From NCBI GenBank assembly GCA_014382015.1, contig JACNKN010000055.1:3268-67267 (forward strand): DNA of 64,000 bases. Direction: 5' to 3'. A program made the position numbers and the translations under genes. Below, piece by piece: positions 1-9,981 of this stretch. The notes beneath the pieces are model-generated. The model worked only from the letters and a program-made list of their open reading frames with translations. It had not been told where the DNA came from and did not search any database. This DNA is from Fidelibacterota bacterium (GTDB lineage: Bacteria; Fidelibacterota; Marinisomatia; Marinisomatales; TCS55). The first letter of the stretch is position 1. Each line of letters starts with the position of its first letter.

Positions 1-2
1 GC

Positions 3-2003
3 AGTCGGGTTTCTGCTGAAACTGTTGCGGGAACACCATTAAATATTGCTGAAATTATGGGAGATATTTTTCTGAATGCCCAATGGGCAAAATTGACCAC
101 AAATATACGTTTGACTTCACGGGAATCCCAATATCTCCAACCGCAAAACCGTTTGGGTACACGGTTTTCTTTTGGGTCAATAATGGACCTGGATATTGGT
201 GATTTTTATCCTCGATTTAATCCTTTTACGATTGACGGGAAACGTGTACGGGGTATTGGAGTGGATGCAGATTTAAAATGGGTGAGACTTCAATATATCC
301 AGGGAGAATTGAACAGGGAAGTCCATGAGCAAAACTATATCAATGGGGGTTATCAAATCCTGACAGATTTAACTGAGAGAAAAGAAGATGGCTCAAAAAC
401 TTATTATTTAGACCGTACCGGTTTTGCGTTTAAAAGAAAAATATCCGGGTTAAGGTTGTCTTTAGATTTATTTTCAAAATTACGGGCCGGCGTTCACTTT
501 ATTAAAATTCGCGATGATACCACATCTGTAAATCGTATTCTAAACAAGGCAGAATTTTCATCAGATTCATTGGTCATCGGTGTCACACCCGGCAACTATA
601 CGATTGATTCATTTAGAGAAGCGTTAACTTCCGTCGGTCATTCCCTTGAATCGCCAACTTCGAATTGGAAAGGTCAGAAACCGTTGGATAATCTGGTTTT
701 CGGTTTTAATCTCGGTACATCTTTTGACAAAAAGAAACTGACTCTGGATTTCAATTGGAATATGAGTTTGTACAATCGGGATATTTGGGATGGTGCCATG
801 TCACGGGCTGATTTAGATACAGCATTGGACGATTCCTTGGATGGGTGGATTGGCGTTCAGTATGATGAGAATGGAAAAGAACTAGAAGGATCATCAAAAA
901 TTGATACAGCCTTAATATTAATAAACCCAATAAAATTTCAAGAAATATTCATTATTAATACAAATATGTCTCCCTTGGTCCCCATTGATATTAATGCCCT
1001 AAAGGCTCATCCAATTTCATCCATCATTAACATGCCCTCATCTGCATTTAATATTCGGCTTCGGGGCCACTATGCCCGGAATAGTTTTCTGGTAGAATAT
1101 CGCCAAGTTGGCCCGGAATATGTTTCCCTGGCCAATCCATTTCTCAGGAGTAATGCGCGCCAGTTTACTATTTCGGATAGAGTTTCCTTAATGAATCGGT
1201 CATTGTTTCTTAATTTTGGATTCAAGCATTTGGATAATAAAATCCTCAGAACAACAATTAATCCTCTCAATACAAATACCTTTTTTATGAATATGACTTT
1301 TTTGCCTGGTCCCGGAATGCCGTCCATCATTGTTAATTATCAATCCATTGGTAAAAACAATGAAAAGACTAAACTGGATTCAGTTGGAAGTACCGTTATA
1401 GATCTTCGAGAAGATTCAAAAGCAGCTTCCAATATGATGGCGATAACAGTGCCATTTATCAGTGGAGATGTCAAACAAAATCTGACCCTTAATATCGGAA
1501 ATGTGACCAATTTAGATAACTTAATTAAAAAACGAAGTGCAGGGTATTTGTTCCCCAAAACAGATTCAAAAACGATATCCATCAATTTATCTTCAACATT
1601 CCCAAGCCAATTGAAAACAATTACCCAATTCAGTCAGACTAAACTTGAGATACCAACCATGAATGGAAATACCCTGGTTAAAACGCCATATACCTGGACA
1701 AATATTTCTGTATCGGCTAATTATCGACTATTTCAGGATAAAATGCTGGCGAAAGGATCGGTTTCTCTCTTAAATAGTCAAAGCCAGATAAAATCCCAGT
1801 TACTTGGTTTTAGAGCAGGGGCGGATTATCGAATCAATAAAACCCTTTCTGCATCATTTATGAGTCAAATCAGATTGAATTATATTCCCAGTTTTAAAAA
1901 GGATACTTTGGATAATGATGGTGATGGTAAAGTGGATAATGCCAATGAAGTGCTGGAAATAAATTCAACAGGGATTATACTCACGCTTCAATATAACTTT
2001 TGA
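3..2003 (+). CDS. putative outer-membrane beta-barrel protein, function unknown (5' end may lie outside the window)
   Basis: ORF track gives 57..2003, but the frame has no stop back to nt 3, so the ATG at 57 may not be the true start. Sequence is beta-strand-like with alternating hydrophobics. C-terminus ...LTLQYNF ends in an aromatic residue, typical of OMP barrels. Its stop overlaps the next ORF. Confidence 0.55.
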   Translation, partial: SRVSAETVAGTPLNIAEIMGDIFLNAQWAKLTTNIRLTSRESQYLQPQNRLGTRFSFGSIMDLDIGDFYPRFNPFTIDGKRVRGIGVDADLKWVRLQYIQGELNREVHEQNYINGGYQILTDLTERKEDGSKTYYLDRTGFAFKRKISGLRLSLDLFSKLRAGVHFIKIRDDTTSVNRILNKAEFSSDSLVIGVTPGNYTIDSFREALTSVGHSLESPTSNWKGQKPLDNLVFGFNLGTSFDKKKLTLDFNWNMSLYNRDIWDGAMSRADLDTALDDSLDGWIGVQYDENGKELEGSSKIDTALILINPIKFQEIFIINTNMSPLVPIDINALKAHPISSIINMPSSAFNIRLRGHYARNSFLVEYRQVGPEYVSLANPFLRSNARQFTISDRVSLMNRSLFLNFGFKHLDNKILRTTINPLNTNTFFMNMTFLPGPGMPSIIVNYQSIGKNNEKTKLDSVGSTVIDLREDSKAASNMMAITVPFISGDVKQNLTLNIGNVTNLDNLIKKRSAGYLFPKTDSKTISINLSSTFPSQLKTITQFSQTKLEIPTMNGNTLVKTPYTWTNISVSANYRLFQDKMLAKGSVSLLNSQSQIKSQLLGFRAGADYRINKTLSASFMSQIRLNYIPSFKKDTLDNDGDGKVDNANEVLEINSTGIILTLQYNF

Positions 2004-2005
2004 CT

Positions 2006-4615
2006 ATGACCACACCCCCTAAAATCATCCAAAAGTACGTTCAGGATAACTGGGTGGGTTGGCTCATCACCATTGGTGCGATCATTGTTGTGTCTCTTTT
2101 TCATTGGATTGGCGCTTTCGACACCATTGAACTTAAAACTTATGATTATCGATTTAGTTCTGTCCGCGGTCCGCTGACAGGATGGACCATATCTGATTCA
2201 ACATATATCAACCGTGGTACGGATGTGGTTTTGCTCGAAGTGGATGATGAAGCATGGCGCCTCATGCCGGAGGAATGGCCCTATCCAAGAGGCAGTGTTT
2301 GGGGAAGGGTCGTGCGGAATTTATATAAAGCAGGGGCCAAAGTAATTGTTTTTGATATTCAGTTTGATGCACCTGAAAACCGATCTGAAATATATCAGGA
2401 TTTAATCGAATCCACTTCTCCTGAATATATTATAGACCAAGTGCCAAACATTCGGGATACGACACAGGCGAAAAATATTTGGAATGCTATTCCTTATTTA
2501 ATTCCACGCCATGGAGATATATTACTTGGAGAAGCGATTACCGAAGCCCAAATGTTTGGGACGACGGTTGTGATGAATGTGAAAATGGTAACAGAACCCA
2601 CGTTAGTTCCGCCTCAATATATCTCTTATCCGGTGGAACCGGTCACCAAAGCTAAGCCAGAAATGGGATTAATAAATGATCAGATGGATATCGACGGATT
2701 TTCTCGACGATACGCCATTTTTGGAGAAATGGCCCATGAACCTGGAAAATACTATTTAACCTTGGCTGTAAAGGCATTTAAAGCGTTCCACAATGTACCC
2801 GATACGGCTAAACCCTATTTTGATCGGGATAACTTAACGTGGACCTATGGGGATAATAAAATAAGGGCTTATGGGGCTGGTAATTCATTCCTGGTGAATT
2901 ATTATGGCCCTCCGTCCGGTTATAAGTATCCGGGAGAAAAAGATTTGCCAGCTTGGGGAACTTTCCCAAAGTATTCATTAGCATATGTGATTGATACAGA
3001 AGATGTCACCCTTCGTGATCCCATGGAAGATTTGGATTGGATGAGTCAATTCCTTCCAGGAGAAATACCCGAATGGATTCAGGCCATCGAAGATCCTCAA
3101 GAACGAAGTGAAATGATGGATGCCATGGGCATTGGTGGTGAATTTGATTTTACCAATTCTCCTTTTTATGATAAAATTGTTGTGATTGGGACCTCTGTAG
3201 AAGTGCATCACGATTATAAACAAACGCCTTTTTATAATTTTTGGGGCATTCAGCAATTAACGCCGGGAATGGAGACACATGGCAATGCCATCCAAACACT
3301 ATTGGATAATAATTATATCCAAGTATTGGGAGGTCAGCTTACTGAATTGGTTTATGGATATCCCATAAGCCATACATTATTAATCGCACTTTTAAGTTTA
3401 ATTGCATTTTTGATTTTGTCTTTTCTGAACCCCGTCATTGCGGGTATTTTGATTATATTTGAGGGCGTTATTTATTTTGGAATCGCATGCGGTCTCTTTG
3501 TTGATGATTTGTTCTGGATGATTAAAAGTTCGCTGGCACCCCTTCTCCCCAATGCGACTGTAGCGGATTATCCTGATTATTTTGAAACAGCTCTTCCGGA
3601 TATTGGGCAATCCCTTGTGATTCCAATTGTGGCACCCATTGTCAGTTTAGTTGTCACATATACAGCTAATGTGATATATAAATTTATCGTTGAACAAAAA
3701 GATAAGAATTTTCTGAAAGACACTTTCGGAGCATATATATCTCCGGATTTGATTGACCAAATGTATGAAGATAAACAGGAACCAAAATTGGGTGGTGTCG
3801 CTGGATACCATACAGCTTTCTTTTCTGACATTCAGAGTTTTTCTTCTTTTTCAGAAGTATTAGAGCCCACACGGATGGTGAGTTTAATGAATCAATACTT
3901 GACTGAAATGACAGACACTTTGTTGGAACATAAAGGCACCCTGGATAAATATATCGGTGATGCGATTGTGGCTTTTTATGGTGCACCTGTTCCATTAGAA
4001 AATCATGAATATCATGCCTGTTTAACCGCATTAGAAATGGAAAAGAAACTGGTGAATATGAGACAAAGATGGAAGGAAGAAGGTGATTGGCCGGATTTAG
4101 TCTACAATATTCGCCATCGAGTCGGGTTGAATTCCGGTGAAATGGTAACAGGCAACATGGGATCGGCCATGCGAATGAATTATACCATGATGGGTGATAC
4201 GGTAAATCTGGCGGCACGGTTAGAGCCGGCTGCGAAACAATATGGCGTTTACATTTTTGTTGCAGACAACACCTACAAAGTTGTGGCTGATCAATTCGAA
4301 TGGCGCTTCCTGGATTATCTTAGGGTGAAAGGAAAGAAAAAACCGGTAAAAGCATACGAATTATTATCGTTAAAGGATGAATTATCAGAACAGAATTCTC
4401 AATTAGTTCAAGCCTTCGATGAAGGAATGGAATTATATCACGACCAAAATTGGGTGAAAGCCAAAAAACGGTTTAAGGACGCTTTAAAATTAGAGGAAAA
4501 ATTCCCCGATAGACCCACCACACCATCTGCAGTTTATTTAGATCGTTGTGATTATTATAAGAAGGACCCGCCGGGGAAGGACTGGGATTGGGTATGGACG
4601 ATGAAGACAAAATAA
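2006..4615 (+). CDS. CHASE2-type sensor fused to class III adenylate/guanylate cyclase
   Basis: ORF track gives 2000..4615 (TTG at 2000; first ATG at 2006). Layout is an N-terminal TM helix, a large extracytoplasmic region, then a cluster of TM helices, as in CHASE2 sensors. C-terminal class III cyclase motifs: FFSDIQSFSSFSE, KYIGDAIVAFYGAP, VGLNSGEMVTGNMGS, YTMMGDTVNLAARLE. Short TPR-like tail. Confidence 0.85.
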   Translation: MTTPPKIIQKYVQDNWVGWLITIGAIIVVSLFHWIGAFDTIELKTYDYRFSSVRGPLTGWTISDSTYINRGTDVVLLEVDDEAWRLMPEEWPYPRGSVWGRVVRNLYKAGAKVIVFDIQFDAPENRSEIYQDLIESTSPEYIIDQVPNIRDTTQAKNIWNAIPYLIPRHGDILLGEAITEAQMFGTTVVMNVKMVTEPTLVPPQYISYPVEPVTKAKPEMGLINDQMDIDGFSRRYAIFGEMAHEPGKYYLTLAVKAFKAFHNVPDTAKPYFDRDNLTWTYGDNKIRAYGAGNSFLVNYYGPPSGYKYPGEKDLPAWGTFPKYSLAYVIDTEDVTLRDPMEDLDWMSQFLPGEIPEWIQAIEDPQERSEMMDAMGIGGEFDFTNSPFYDKIVVIGTSVEVHHDYKQTPFYNFWGIQQLTPGMETHGNAIQTLLDNNYIQVLGGQLTELVYGYPISHTLLIALLSLIAFLILSFLNPVIAGILIIFEGVIYFGIACGLFVDDLFWMIKSSLAPLLPNATVADYPDYFETALPDIGQSLVIPIVAPIVSLVVTYTANVIYKFIVEQKDKNFLKDTFGAYISPDLIDQMYEDKQEPKLGGVAGYHTAFFSDIQSFSSFSEVLEPTRMVSLMNQYLTEMTDTLLEHKGTLDKYIGDAIVAFYGAPVPLENHEYHACLTALEMEKKLVNMRQRWKEEGDWPDLVYNIRHRVGLNSGEMVTGNMGSAMRMNYTMMGDTVNLAARLEPAAKQYGVYIFVADNTYKVVADQFEWRFLDYLRVKGKKKPVKAYELLSLKDELSEQNSQLVQAFDEGMELYHDQNWVKAKKRFKDALKLEEKFPDRPTTPSAVYLDRCDYYKKDPPGKDWDWVWTMKTK

Positions 4616-4616
4616 T

Positions 4617-5216
4617 ATGGGACTGACAATTCACTGGAAATTATCCTTAAATGGATCACATGAATCTGTTAAAAAAGCGCTGAAGCCAGTTTGTGATGAA
4701 ATCAATAAATCACCGGGGGTAAATGCGGTGATGGAAGTCCATTATTATCATGAATCCCGAGATGAGCCAGAGAAAAAAGATTTATTCGATTGGGCCTGGA
4801 GGCATTCCGATAAGAATATTGGCGGGGATATTCCAGAATATCCAAAAGAGATTTTTTATTTATTAGGTGATCCCGGTGAAATGTCTGAAAAAGTCCTCAT
4901 TTACCTTGGGAGGTATGGGGATGAAGATCATTGGGAGGGTAGTGGATTTTGTAAAACACAATATGCCGTAAAATTTATTGAAACCCATTGTCTTGTTGTG
5001 GAATGGTTATCTCTTCTGAGAAAGAATGGCATAGCCACCGAAGTCTTTGACGAAGGAGAATATTGGGAAACTCGTGATGTCTCAGCCTTGCTGAAAGTGT
5101 ATGAGCGATATAATAAAATGATGGCTGCCTTTTCTGATGGATTGGAAGATGCCGGAGTAGAATTTACAGGAGAAGTGCCAGGATATATTAAGCGGCGGAA
5201 AGACAGGCTGAATTAA
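4617..5216 (+). CDS. hypothetical cytosolic protein (199 aa), no recognisable domain
   Basis: ATG lies 1 nt after the cyclase TAA stop (4613-4615). No signal peptide or TM helix; acidic; contains several Cys/His/Trp. I recognise no family motif. Confidence 0.6.
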   Translation: MGLTIHWKLSLNGSHESVKKALKPVCDEINKSPGVNAVMEVHYYHESRDEPEKKDLFDWAWRHSDKNIGGDIPEYPKEIFYLLGDPGEMSEKVLIYLGRYGDEDHWEGSGFCKTQYAVKFIETHCLVVEWLSLLRKNGIATEVFDEGEYWETRDVSALLKVYERYNKMMAAFSDGLEDAGVEFTGEVPGYIKRRKDRLN

Positions 5217-5331
5217 GAGAATTTTTTATTCTTTAGATTTATTAATTATTCCAATAAAATCCAATTGATAATTTATCAGCCTTTAACACTTTCTGCTCGA
5301 ACACATTAATCTGTAATTTCCCAATCTAATT

Positions 5332-6891
5332 ATGATGGAAAAATCCCGCGGTAAAATCCTTTGGGTCGATGATGAAATCGACCACCTAAAACCCCATATA
5401 CTTTTCTTGGAAGAAAAAGGCTATACAATTGCCACATGTGCAAATGGCAGGGATGGCATTTCGTTGTCCAAGGATACTGTATTTGATTTGGTTCTTTTAG
5501 ATCAGTTCATGCCCGGATTGGACGGTATGGAAACCCTGAGAGAAATAAAGGAAAATAATCCTGCATTACCGATTATAATGATCACAAAGAGCGAGGAAGA
5601 ATGGCTCATGGATGAAGCGATCTCTGAAAAGATTGCTCATTTTTTAATTAAGCCTGTCAATCCAAACCAGATTTTTATGGCCTGTAAACAGGTACTTGAA
5701 AACATAAAAATTCGTAGTGAAAAGACCACCAGTGGATATTTACAGGAATTCCAAAAAATTGAATTAGATATAGAAAATGCGATTTCTTTTAATGATTGGT
5801 GGCAAATCTATAGTCGGCTTGTGAAATGGCAATTGGATTTTGATGAACAAAAGGAAGGGAATTTAAATCAAATATTAAATGAACAAATTCAAACATCTAA
5901 TCGAAAATTCACGCATTTTGTTCAGGACAATTATGAGAATTGGGTAGCAGGCACAAACAACCCGACTCTTTCTACAGACGTTTTCCCAAAATATGTGCAG
6001 CCAATTTTAGAGAAAAATGAAAAAGTTTGTCTCTTGGTAATGGATGCAATGCGCTTGGATCAGTTTATGGCTTTGTATCCGTTATTGGCTGAAAATTATT
6101 CCATTCGAATTGAACTATCATCATCAATCCTCCCGTCGGCGACACCCTTTAGTCGAAACGCTATTTTCTCTGGCTTATTCCCTGGAGAATTTTGTCGAAA
6201 ATATCCAGAACAATTAAGGGCAATGTCTGAGGATCGTGGCAGCTTAAATCAATATGAAGAAATATATTTAAAAGATCAATTAGCCCGAAACGGCTTGGCA
6301 GATAAATCGCTTCATTATCATAAAATATGGATGGCAGAAGAAGGGCAAAAATTCCAATCCAGGGTAGGGGAATACCTGGATTTGGATTTGCTGGCTATTG
6401 TCATAAACTTTGTAGATCAACTGGCCCATCGGAGATCAGAATCAGATGTATTAAAAGAAATGGTTCCGGATGAATCAGGATACCGACATGCGGTGAGAGT
6501 TTGGTACGAAAATTCATGGATTCGATCTGTACTGACGGATTTAGGATCTGCCGGTTATAAGGTCGTTCTGACCAGTGATCATGGGAGCATTATGGTCAAC
6601 CGTAGTTCTATGGTGGCAGCAGATAAAGATTCTTCCTCCGGTGTCCGTCATAAACACGGGCGCAACATCAATGCCGACGACAAAAGTGCCTTAGACATCC
6701 GAAATCTTGATGCTTATAAACTTCCATCTCTCGGGCATCAGCATAACTATTTGCTGGCTAAGGATGATTATTTTTTCTTGTACCCTAATGAACAGCATAA
6801 GTACAAAAACATGTTAAAAGGTAGTTTTCAACATGGGGGTATTTCAATGGAAGAAATGATGGTTCCCATTTTTATCATGGACCCAAAATGA
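5332..6891 (+). CDS. porX: response regulator with CheY-like receiver fused to a PglZ (alkaline-phosphatase-like) domain, PorX type
   Basis: Receiver: ILWVDDEIDHLKPHILFLEEKGY, LVLLDQFMPGLDG, FLIKP. PglZ-like: LLVMDAMRLDQF, LPSATPFSRNAIFSG, INFVDQLAHR, LTSDHGS. At 519 aa, its length and architecture match PorX-type T9SS regulators of Bacteroidota. Confidence 0.7.
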   Translation: MMEKSRGKILWVDDEIDHLKPHILFLEEKGYTIATCANGRDGISLSKDTVFDLVLLDQFMPGLDGMETLREIKENNPALPIIMITKSEEEWLMDEAISEKIAHFLIKPVNPNQIFMACKQVLENIKIRSEKTTSGYLQEFQKIELDIENAISFNDWWQIYSRLVKWQLDFDEQKEGNLNQILNEQIQTSNRKFTHFVQDNYENWVAGTNNPTLSTDVFPKYVQPILEKNEKVCLLVMDAMRLDQFMALYPLLAENYSIRIELSSSILPSATPFSRNAIFSGLFPGEFCRKYPEQLRAMSEDRGSLNQYEEIYLKDQLARNGLADKSLHYHKIWMAEEGQKFQSRVGEYLDLDLLAIVINFVDQLAHRRSESDVLKEMVPDESGYRHAVRVWYENSWIRSVLTDLGSAGYKVVLTSDHGSIMVNRSSMVAADKDSSSGVRHKHGRNINADDKSALDIRNLDAYKLPSLGHQHNYLLAKDDYFFLYPNEQHKYKNMLKGSFQHGGISMEEMMVPIFIMDPK

Positions 6892-7322
6892 GAGAACATG
6901 TTTTTCATTCCGTTCAGGAAACGCAATCCTTTGCAAAAGATTTAGCCCAAACCATTCCCGAAGGGTCGATTATTGCGCTCATTGGGAATCTCGGTTCAGG
7001 AAAAACCACTTTTGCCCAGGGATTCGCTCTTGGATTAGATATCCAGGATTCTGTCATTTCCCCCACCTTTAAACTGGTGAGTGAATACGAAGGGACACGT
7101 TGTCCCCTTTATCATATTGATTGTTATCGGTTAGATGCACCGGAGGATTTTTTAAATATTGGCGGCGAAAATTATTTAAATCCGGAGCATGGCATCACAC
7201 TAATTGAATGGGCTGAGCGGATTGAACCCTATTGGACAGATCGTTGGATTTTTATTTATTTTAACCGGTTAGCAGAAAATGCCAACGCCAGGTCAATCAA
7301 AATTTCAGGATTACCAAATTGA
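6888..7322 (+). CDS. tsaE: tRNA t6A37 biosynthesis ATPase TsaE
   Basis: P-loop GNLGSGKTTF, SPTFKLV, LYHIDCYRL. ATGA overlap with the upstream gene. Followed by tsaB and rimI. Confidence 0.85.
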   Translation: MREHVFHSVQETQSFAKDLAQTIPEGSIIALIGNLGSGKTTFAQGFALGLDIQDSVISPTFKLVSEYEGTRCPLYHIDCYRLDAPEDFLNIGGENYLNPEHGITLIEWAERIEPYWTDRWIFIYFNRLAENANARSIKISGLPN

Positions 7323-7951
7323 ATATTCTCGCGATTGAAACATCAACTGATTGGTGCGGTATTGCATTTATCCAAAATGAAAAATGCCAATATAAGATCG
7401 ATAAACAAATTCCAAGAAAACATGCAGAAAAACTGCCGGAGTTTTATGCTTCTCTCAAGGATAAAATTGAATTGGATGATATCAATTTAGATGCGATTGC
7501 CGTTTCAATCGGGCCAGGATCTTTTACGGGATTGCGAGTGGGATTAAGTTTTGCAAAGGGTATTGCCTATGCAAAAGAATTGCCCATTGTAGCTGTACCC
7601 ACATTACAGACTATGGCCGCCAATAGTGGATTAACTTCAGATGGATTTACAGTATTATTGTATTCTCATAGTGATATTGTTTTCTATCAGCAATTTTCAA
7701 TTATCCAGGAATGCATAAGGGCAGTCAGCGAAGAAAAAGCTTGTATATGGAATGATATTGAAATTACAGGTGAATCAGCCCAATATGGATGTGATAAACT
7801 CTTAGGTGACGAAATAATTTTATCGGTTCCGCCTACAGCAGAAATGACCGGAATATTGGCTGAAAAAAACTTTGATCGTTGGGTGAAGAAAACTCCCTAT
7901 GATTTGGTACCCAATTATATTTCCTCATTCACAATAGGTTCAAAAAAGTGA
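7319..7951 (+). CDS. tsaB: tRNA t6A37 biosynthesis protein TsaB
   Basis: ILAIETST and GPGSFTGLRVG motifs. TTG start overlaps the tsaE stop. Canonical tsaE-tsaB-rimI order. Confidence 0.85.
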   Translation: MNILAIETSTDWCGIAFIQNEKCQYKIDKQIPRKHAEKLPEFYASLKDKIELDDINLDAIAVSIGPGSFTGLRVGLSFAKGIAYAKELPIVAVPTLQTMAANSGLTSDGFTVLLYSHSDIVFYQQFSIIQECIRAVSEEKACIWNDIEITGESAQYGCDKLLGDEIILSVPPTAEMTGILAEKNFDRWVKKTPYDLVPNYISSFTIGSKK

Positions 7952-8406
7952 TTATTCGAAAAGCAGCATTAAATGATTTGGAACTCATATATGAAATGGA
8001 AAAAAGGATATTTAACGATTCGTGGACAAAAGAAGCCATAGAGGATGAATTAAAGCGAAAACGTCATTCGTTAAACCTCATCGCTGAGGTAAATGGAATA
8101 ATCATTGGATATTTTTTTGCTCACTTGGTAGAAGGGGAAGCACATATTTTAAATATTGCGATTGATATCCCTTTTCAGCATCAGGGAAGAGGTAACCAAT
8201 TTTTAGATCAAATATTAGAAAATTATCTGCAATATGCAGACGTGTATTTAGAGGTGAAACGATCTAATTTCCCCGCAATAAATTTGTATCTAAACTTCGG
8301 TTTTGAAGAGATTGATATTCGAAATGAATATTATTCAGACGGAGAAGATGCAGTAATCATGGTAAAAAAAGTAAAAACACATGGCTTGGTTTCGTCGAAA
8401 AGATAA
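7948..8406 (+). CDS. rimI: ribosomal-protein-alanine N-acetyltransferase (GNAT)
   Basis: GNAT acetyl-CoA motif QHQGRGNQFLDQIL. About 150 aa. GTGA overlap with tsaB and the conserved position after tsaB. Confidence 0.75.
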   Translation: MIIRKAALNDLELIYEMEKRIFNDSWTKEAIEDELKRKRHSLNLIAEVNGIIIGYFFAHLVEGEAHILNIAIDIPFQHQGRGNQFLDQILENYLQYADVYLEVKRSNFPAINLYLNFGFEEIDIRNEYYSDGEDAVIMVKKVKTHGLVSSKR

Positions 8407-9220
8407 AAATATTGCAGAACTTGGGAAAAAAGATATTCCCAGTGGATTATGGACAAAGTGTCCATCCTGTACAGAAATTCAGTATAAACCTGAATTAGAT
8501 AAAAATCATTCTGTTTGCAGGCACTGTGGTCATCATTTTCGTGTATCACCAACGGTGTACCGAGATCTTCTTTTGGATCACAGCGATATAGAAGAATTAT
8601 TTCCGAAAGTAAAATCGGCTGACCCATTAAAATTTAAAGCGAAGAAAAAATATTCAAATCAATTGGAAACTGCCATTTCTAAAACAAGTCAAAATGATGC
8701 CATTAATTGTTATTCAGGGAAGATCAATGAAAAGTCAATAATTCTCGGGGTGATGAATTTTGCGTTTATTGGGGGAAGTATGGGATCTGTGGTGGGAGAG
8801 TTGTTTTCCCGTTCTGTCGAACTTGCTCGAGAGAAAAAAATACCATTTATACTCATATGTGCTTCAGGAGGAGCTCGAATGCAGGAATCGGCATTATCAC
8901 TCATGCAATTGGCCAAAACCAGTTCAAAATTGGCGCGTTTTCAGGATGAAGGAGGATTGTTCATTCCAATCCTAACTGATCCAACAACAGGTGGCGTCAC
9001 AGCAAGTTTTGGTATGTTGGGGGACATTATATTAGCTGAGCCTGGAGCACTCATTGGTTTTGCCGGTCCCAGAGTCATTAAACAGACTATTGGAGAAAAT
9101 TTACCGGAAGGATTCCAACGTGCAGAATTTTTACAGGATAAGGGATTTGTGGATCATATTGTTCCCCGAGAAAAGATGAAAGATACAGTTTCAAATTTAA
9201 TTGAGGTACTCACATCATGA
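8381..9220 (+). CDS. accD: acetyl-CoA carboxylase carboxyltransferase subunit beta
   Basis: N-terminus MAWFRRK. Zn-ribbon CPSC...CRHCGHH. Carboxyltransferase motifs FIGGSMGS and SGGARMQE. Confidence 0.9.
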   Translation: MAWFRRKDKNIAELGKKDIPSGLWTKCPSCTEIQYKPELDKNHSVCRHCGHHFRVSPTVYRDLLLDHSDIEELFPKVKSADPLKFKAKKKYSNQLETAISKTSQNDAINCYSGKINEKSIILGVMNFAFIGGSMGSVVGELFSRSVELAREKKIPFILICASGGARMQESALSLMQLAKTSSKLARFQDEGGLFIPILTDPTTGGVTASFGMLGDIILAEPGALIGFAGPRVIKQTIGENLPEGFQRAEFLQDKGFVDHIVPREKMKDTVSNLIEVLTS

Positions 9221-9981
9221 AACGTCCATCTATATTAATTGCAAATGATGATGGTATTTTCGCCGATGGTATTCATGCCTTATGGGAGGCTATGTCAGAA
9301 ATCGGGGAACCAACTGTTGTGGCACCAAATACAGAAAAAAGTGCCGTAGGTCACGCCATTACGATTTCAGATCCGATTCGAATTGAAAAGGTGAAAAGAT
9401 CAGGTGGATTTCTTGGATATGCGGTGAATGGGACACCAGCAGATTCTGTTAAGATTGGTGTAAAGGCTATTATGGAACAAAAGCCGGATATAATTATATC
9501 CGGAATAAATGCAGGTGCGAACGTTGGTCAAAGTTTATTGTATTCTGGTACGATTTCGGCAGCGACGGAAGGAACATTTTTAGGGATTCCCTCCATTGCA
9601 ATTAGTTTAGACTCTATTCGGGGGGGAGACTGGACCGGCGCGAAAATTGTAGCTAAAAAGATTGTGAAAGCAGTGATGGAAAATAATTTACCCCATGGTA
9701 CGTTGTTGAATGTGAATGTACCCAATTTACCGGAAGCGGAAATCAAAGGGTACCAAGTTACCTACCAAGGGTCTATTTATTTTAAGGATCGATTTGAAAA
9801 ACGGGAGGATCCTCGAGGTAGATTATATTATTGGATGACGGGAAAACTAATTAACCCCGATACAAACATTCAAAGTGATGGGGTTGCCATTAAAGAGGGA
9901 TATGTGAGTATTACACCTTTACATCCTCAATTGACACATTTTGATTATGTGGATAAGCTAACTGATTGGAAAATTCAATGA
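9217..9981 (+). CDS. surE: 5'/3'-nucleotidase SurE
   Basis: ILIANDDGI, SGINAGANVG, YSGTISAATEG. ATGA overlap with accD. Confidence 0.9.
   Translation: MKRPSILIANDDGIFADGIHALWEAMSEIGEPTVVAPNTEKSAVGHAITISDPIRIEKVKRSGGFLGYAVNGTPADSVKIGVKAIMEQKPDIIISGINAGANVGQSLLYSGTISAATEGTFLGIPSIAISLDSIRGGDWTGAKIVAKKIVKAVMENNLPHGTLLNVNVPNLPEAEIKGYQVTYQGSIYFKDRFEKREDPRGRLYYWMTGKLINPDTNIQSDGVAIKEGYVSITPLHPQLTHFDYVDKLTDWKIQ

Noticed and set aside
5332-6891. The PglZ domain could mark a BREX-type phage-defence system.
   Set aside because: The PglZ domain is fused to a CheY-like receiver (PorX architecture). None of the other BREX genes (methyltransferase pglX, brxC ATPase, brxL) are nearby; the neighbours are housekeeping genes.
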